Shown here in pieces: positions 60,748 through 64,000 of a DNA stretch of 64,000 nucleotides. The position numbers and the translations under genes are program-made. Position 1 is the stretch's first letter. The number at the start of each line of letters is the position of its first letter. The notes beneath the pieces are model-generated. The model worked only from the letters and a program-made list of their open reading frames with translations, ran no database searches and had not been told where the DNA came from. This DNA is from Nibricoccus sp. (GTDB lineage Bacteria; Verrucomicrobiota; Verrucomicrobiia; Opitutales; Opitutaceae), in NCBI GenBank assembly GCA_047602425.1, contig JASGHG010000001.1, forward strand, positions 4,736,001-4,800,000, in the 5' to 3' direction.

Positions 60748-61827
60748 ATGTGGAAATCCAACTGGTCCGAAACCCAACAACGCTTCAAGAAATGGTGGAA
60801 CCGTGACGGTCTGCTCGTCGGCATGTGGGGCGCGCCGGAGACCGCCGCCTGCATTCACGAACAAGTGGCCGCCCCCGTCGTTCCCGCAACCATCGACGAG
60901 CGCTATTGCGATCCCGCCTATCGCGCTGCGCAGAACCACTACCGCCTCTCGCGTTCGATTTTCCCGCTCGACGTTCTGCAGACCGCCAGCCCCGACCTCG
61001 GGCCCGGCACGCTGGCGATGTACTGCGGTTCCGAACCTGGTTTCGCCGAGGGCACCGTTTGGTTTAATCCCTGCATCGAACACGTTGAAAATCCTGAGGA
61101 GTTGCCTCCCATTCGCTTCAATCCGGAAAGCCATTGGTGGAAAACCACGGAAGCCATCCTGCGCCAATGTCAGGAAAAAGCGCGCGGCAAATACTTCGTT
61201 GGCTGTCCGGATTTGATCGAGAACATGGACATCCTTTCATCGCTGCGTGGTGCACAGACGCTGATGATGGACATGATCGAGCGTCCCGAGTGGATTGAGA
61301 AAAAAATCTGGGAGATCAATGCCGCCTACTTCGAGGCCTACCAGCGTATCTACGACATTATCAAACTTCCGGACGGCAGTTCCGTCTTCGATGCATTCTA
61401 CGTTTGGGGACCAGGCAAAACCGCCAAACTTCAGTGCGACGCCTCCGCCATGTTCTCGCCCGACATGTACAAGCGATTCGTGGTGCCCGCGCTCACCGCT
61501 CAATGCGAGTGGCTCGACAATACCATCTATCACCTCGACGGCACGCAGGCCGTCTGCCACCTCGATACCTTGCTCTCTATCGAACCGCTCGACGCGATCG
61601 AATGGACGCCTCAGGCCGGCATCGAACCAGGCGGCAACAAGCGTTGGTACGACATGTACAAACGCATTCTCGCCGCCGGAAAATCCGTGCAAGTCGTCAA
61701 TGTCGAACTCAGCGACATCAAGCCGCTTCTCGACACGATCGGCACCAAGGGCGTCTACATTCTTATCCAATTCAAAGACCAAAAAGAAGCGGACCTCGCG
61801 TTGAAAATCCTGGAGCCCTACTACTAA
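60748..61827 (+). CDS. UroD/MtaA-superfamily TIM-barrel protein
   Basis: 'DLGPG', 'DILSSLRG', 'LMMDMIERPE', 'LQCDASAMFSPDMYKRFVVP', 'YHLDG'. Cytoplasmic. Confidence 0.7.
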   Translation: MWKSNWSETQQRFKKWWNRDGLLVGMWGAPETAACIHEQVAAPVVPATIDERYCDPAYRAAQNHYRLSRSIFPLDVLQTASPDLGPGTLAMYCGSEPGFAEGTVWFNPCIEHVENPEELPPIRFNPESHWWKTTEAILRQCQEKARGKYFVGCPDLIENMDILSSLRGAQTLMMDMIERPEWIEKKIWEINAAYFEAYQRIYDIIKLPDGSSVFDAFYVWGPGKTAKLQCDASAMFSPDMYKRFVVPALTAQCEWLDNTIYHLDGTQAVCHLDTLLSIEPLDAIEWTPQAGIEPGGNKRWYDMYKRILAAGKSVQVVNVELSDIKPLLDTIGTKGVYILIQFKDQKEADLALKILEPYY

Positions 61828-61836
61828 TTGCGCGGC

Positions 61837-62922
61837 ATGAAAAAACTTGGACTCGCCGTACTCGGCCTGGGTGAAGGCCGCAGCATCATTTCCGCCGGAA
61901 TCGAAAGCCCGCTCTGGGACGTCGTCTGGCTTTGCGATCTCGACGTCGCGCGCGGCCACGGCCGCATCGCTGAATTCCGCCTCGACCCCAAACGCTTCAC
62001 CACCTCCTACGAGCAGATTCTCGCCGATCCCGCCGTAGACGCCGTCGGCATCTACACGCCCGATCATCTGCACGCCACGCATGTCATTCAGGCGCTCGAC
62101 GCCGGGAAACACGTGATCTGCACCAAACCGTTTCTCAACGATCTCTCACAAGCCCGTGAGGTCTTCGCCGCGCAAAAACGCAGCGGCAAACAGGTGATGG
62201 TTGGCCAAAGCTCACGGCATTTCGCGCCCTTTGCCCGCCAGCGCGAACACTACCTCACCGGCGCTTTCGGCGAACTCATCACGATCGAAGCGCAGTATAA
62301 TGCCGATCACCGCTGGTTTCTGGAAAAACCCTGGGCAAAAAAACCTTCCTTCAAATGGCTCTTCGGCGGACTCAGCCATCCGGCCGACTTCATCCGTTGG
62401 TACCTGCCGGATGTTTCGGAAGTCATGGGCTACGCCGACCTCAGCCCGACCGGACGCGCTGGCGGACTCGTCAACCCCGACACCTTCCACTTCATTTTCA
62501 AATCCGCCACCAGCCGCATCGCCCGCGTGAGTGGCACTTACTCCAGTCCCACCGTCCCCGCCCAACGCGACAGCGGCATGAGTTGCATTCTCCGCTGCAC
62601 GCAGGGCGCCAGTCAGGCCGACTACCACGAACTTCGCTATTCCTGGAAAATCGGCGCACAGGCTGTAGTTGAAAATTTCGAAGGCGCCGAGGACTACTAC
62701 TTCCGCTTCGAAGGCCACAGCCACCACGCTGGCGAATATCAGAACTACATCGAGTACTTTGCCCGTTGCCTCGAACGTGGCGAGACGCCCAAACCCGACG
62801 TTCGCGAAGGCATCGTCACCATCGCCCTTCTACAAGCGATGGAAGAATCTACTACCGCCGGTCGCGCCGTGAAAGTTGCCGACATCCTCGCCCGCTATGA
62901 TTTAACCGAACTACTTGTCTGA
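61837..62922 (+). CDS. Gfo/Idh/MocA-family NAD(P)-dependent oxidoreductase
   Basis: 'VLGLGEG', 'TPDHLH', 'AGKHVICTKP'. Start reassigned to ATG 61837. Confidence 0.88.
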   Translation: MKKLGLAVLGLGEGRSIISAGIESPLWDVVWLCDLDVARGHGRIAEFRLDPKRFTTSYEQILADPAVDAVGIYTPDHLHATHVIQALDAGKHVICTKPFLNDLSQAREVFAAQKRSGKQVMVGQSSRHFAPFARQREHYLTGAFGELITIEAQYNADHRWFLEKPWAKKPSFKWLFGGLSHPADFIRWYLPDVSEVMGYADLSPTGRAGGLVNPDTFHFIFKSATSRIARVSGTYSSPTVPAQRDSGMSCILRCTQGASQADYHELRYSWKIGAQAVVENFEGAEDYYFRFEGHSHHAGEYQNYIEYFARCLERGETPKPDVREGIVTIALLQAMEESTTAGRAVKVADILARYDLTELLV

Positions 62923-62923
62923 G

Positions 62924-62948
62924 GTAGGGACGGACCGCCGGGCCGTCC
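62924..62948 (+). repeat. Single GTAG-type REP (family 2)
   Basis: GTAGGGACGGACCGCCGGGCCGTCC, same consensus as the 29809 doublet, immediately after a stop codon. Confidence 0.8.
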
Positions 62949-62983
62949 ATAAAAAATTCCGCGCCCACTTCCCCGCCCCCAAA

Positions 62984-64000
62984 ATGACCAAAACCTCGCT
63001 CACCACCCGCTTCAGCTACGCCCTGCCCGACATCGGCGGGCAACTTCTCTTCGGGTGGATCATGGGCTACCTGCCCTACTTCTACGCCAATGTCTACGGC
63101 CTCACCGCCGCCGCCGCGGGCACGATTGTCTTTATTGCGCGCTTCGTCGACGCGATCGATGCGCCAGTTTGGGGCGTTATTTTCGACCGCACCCATAGCC
63201 GCTGGGGAAAATGCAGACCATGGTTCCTCTGGCTTTGTGGGCCTTTTGCGTTGTTCGGCTTCCTTTCCTTTTTCACCCCGGACCTTGGTTATGGCGCCAA
63301 GGTCGCCTATGCCGCGATCACCTACATTGCCTTCAATGTCATCTATACTGGCATCAACACGCCCGTCACCTCCATCCTCCCTGCGCTGACGACTTCGCCG
63401 CACGAACGTGTAACCCTAACGACATTTCGGATGTTCGGTTCGAAGTTGGGTTTCGCCATTGTGAATTTCACTGGCATCGACTTCGCCCGCAGGATCGGCA
63501 ACGGCAACGATCAGAAAGGATTCATGATCGTGCTATCCATCTTCGCTATCGTCTCGGTTGCCATGTTTCTCCTCGCGTTTCGCAACCTCAAGGAAGTGGT
63601 TAAAGTCGAAGAAAAACCCCAGCCCGTGGCGGGAGGCTTCAAAGCGCTGCGTGGAAACTGGCCCTGGCTGATCATCTTTGCGAGCAGCTTTCTTTTTTGG
63701 ATCGGCTTTATCGCACGCGTCACCGTCGCACCGTTTTTCTTCGAGGATGTCTTGCATCGCCCCGACCTAATCCGTCCCGCCAATCTCCTCGATTTCGCCT
63801 CGCTTGCAACCGCGCTCCTTTTGCCGTGGATCTGCCGCGCCATCTCCAAGCGCAACGCATGGTTGATCGGCCTCGTCGGCATGGTCGCCGGGCAGCTGAT
63901 CATCGCTGTCGGCGTGAGCCAGAATCTCTCTGTCTCGTGGATCATGGCCGGCTGGGCGGTCGGTTTCATTTTCAGTGGCATGGCGATGGCGATGCCCTTT
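62984..64000 (+). CDS. GPH-family (glycoside-pentoside-hexuronide):cation symporter, 3'-truncated by window edge
   Basis: Absent from the ORF track because there is no stop in the window. Manual translation MTKTSLTTRFSYALPDIGGQLLF...ARFVDAIDAPVWGVIFDRTHSRWGKCRPW carries the GPH signature. Confidence 0.88.
   Translation, partial: MTKTSLTTRFSYALPDIGGQLLFGWIMGYLPYFYANVYGLTAAAAGTIVFIARFVDAIDAPVWGVIFDRTHSRWGKCRPWFLWLCGPFALFGFLSFFTPDLGYGAKVAYAAITYIAFNVIYTGINTPVTSILPALTTSPHERVTLTTFRMFGSKLGFAIVNFTGIDFARRIGNGNDQKGFMIVLSIFAIVSVAMFLLAFRNLKEVVKVEEKPQPVAGGFKALRGNWPWLIIFASSFLFWIGFIARVTVAPFFFEDVLHRPDLIRPANLLDFASLATALLLPWICRAISKRNAWLIGLVGMVAGQLIIAVGVSQNLSVSWIMAGWAVGFIFSGMAMAMPF

Overview
GC-rich bacterial window. 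The gene content and intergenic style suggest a Verrucomicrobiota/Opitutaceae-like organism, which is an inference only. It has three parts. (1) 1-8749 is the 3' end of an extracellular contractile injection system (eCIS)-type locus: an AAA+ ATPase followed by two tandem DUF4157 proteins with C-terminal His-Me-finger nuclease domains and no visible immunity gene. (2) 8746-10235 is a complete IS481-family element inserted, with a 5-bp target duplication, into a GTAG-type REP palindrome. (3) 10493-64000 is a >53-kb divergent carbohydrate locus centred on a LacI regulator. Its enzymes (GH138-, GH2 x4, GH95-, GH106+GH137-, GH78-, GH33-, GH43-, GH142-, GH143-like, acetylesterase) match the rhamnogalacturonan-II (RG-II) toolkit known from Bacteroides thetaiotaomicron, but with reshuffled domain fusions and no SusC/D in view. 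The most interesting part is an operon (Fe-ADH, class I aldolase, DUF1537 kinase, PdxA2, Na+/solute symporter, GH143) whose chemistry fits a catabolic route for the rare RG-II sugar Dha via D-threonate. There is also a parallel putative Kdo module and three UroD/MtaA-like proteins that may handle O-methylated sugars. All family calls come from motif reading and recalled similarity, not from database searches.
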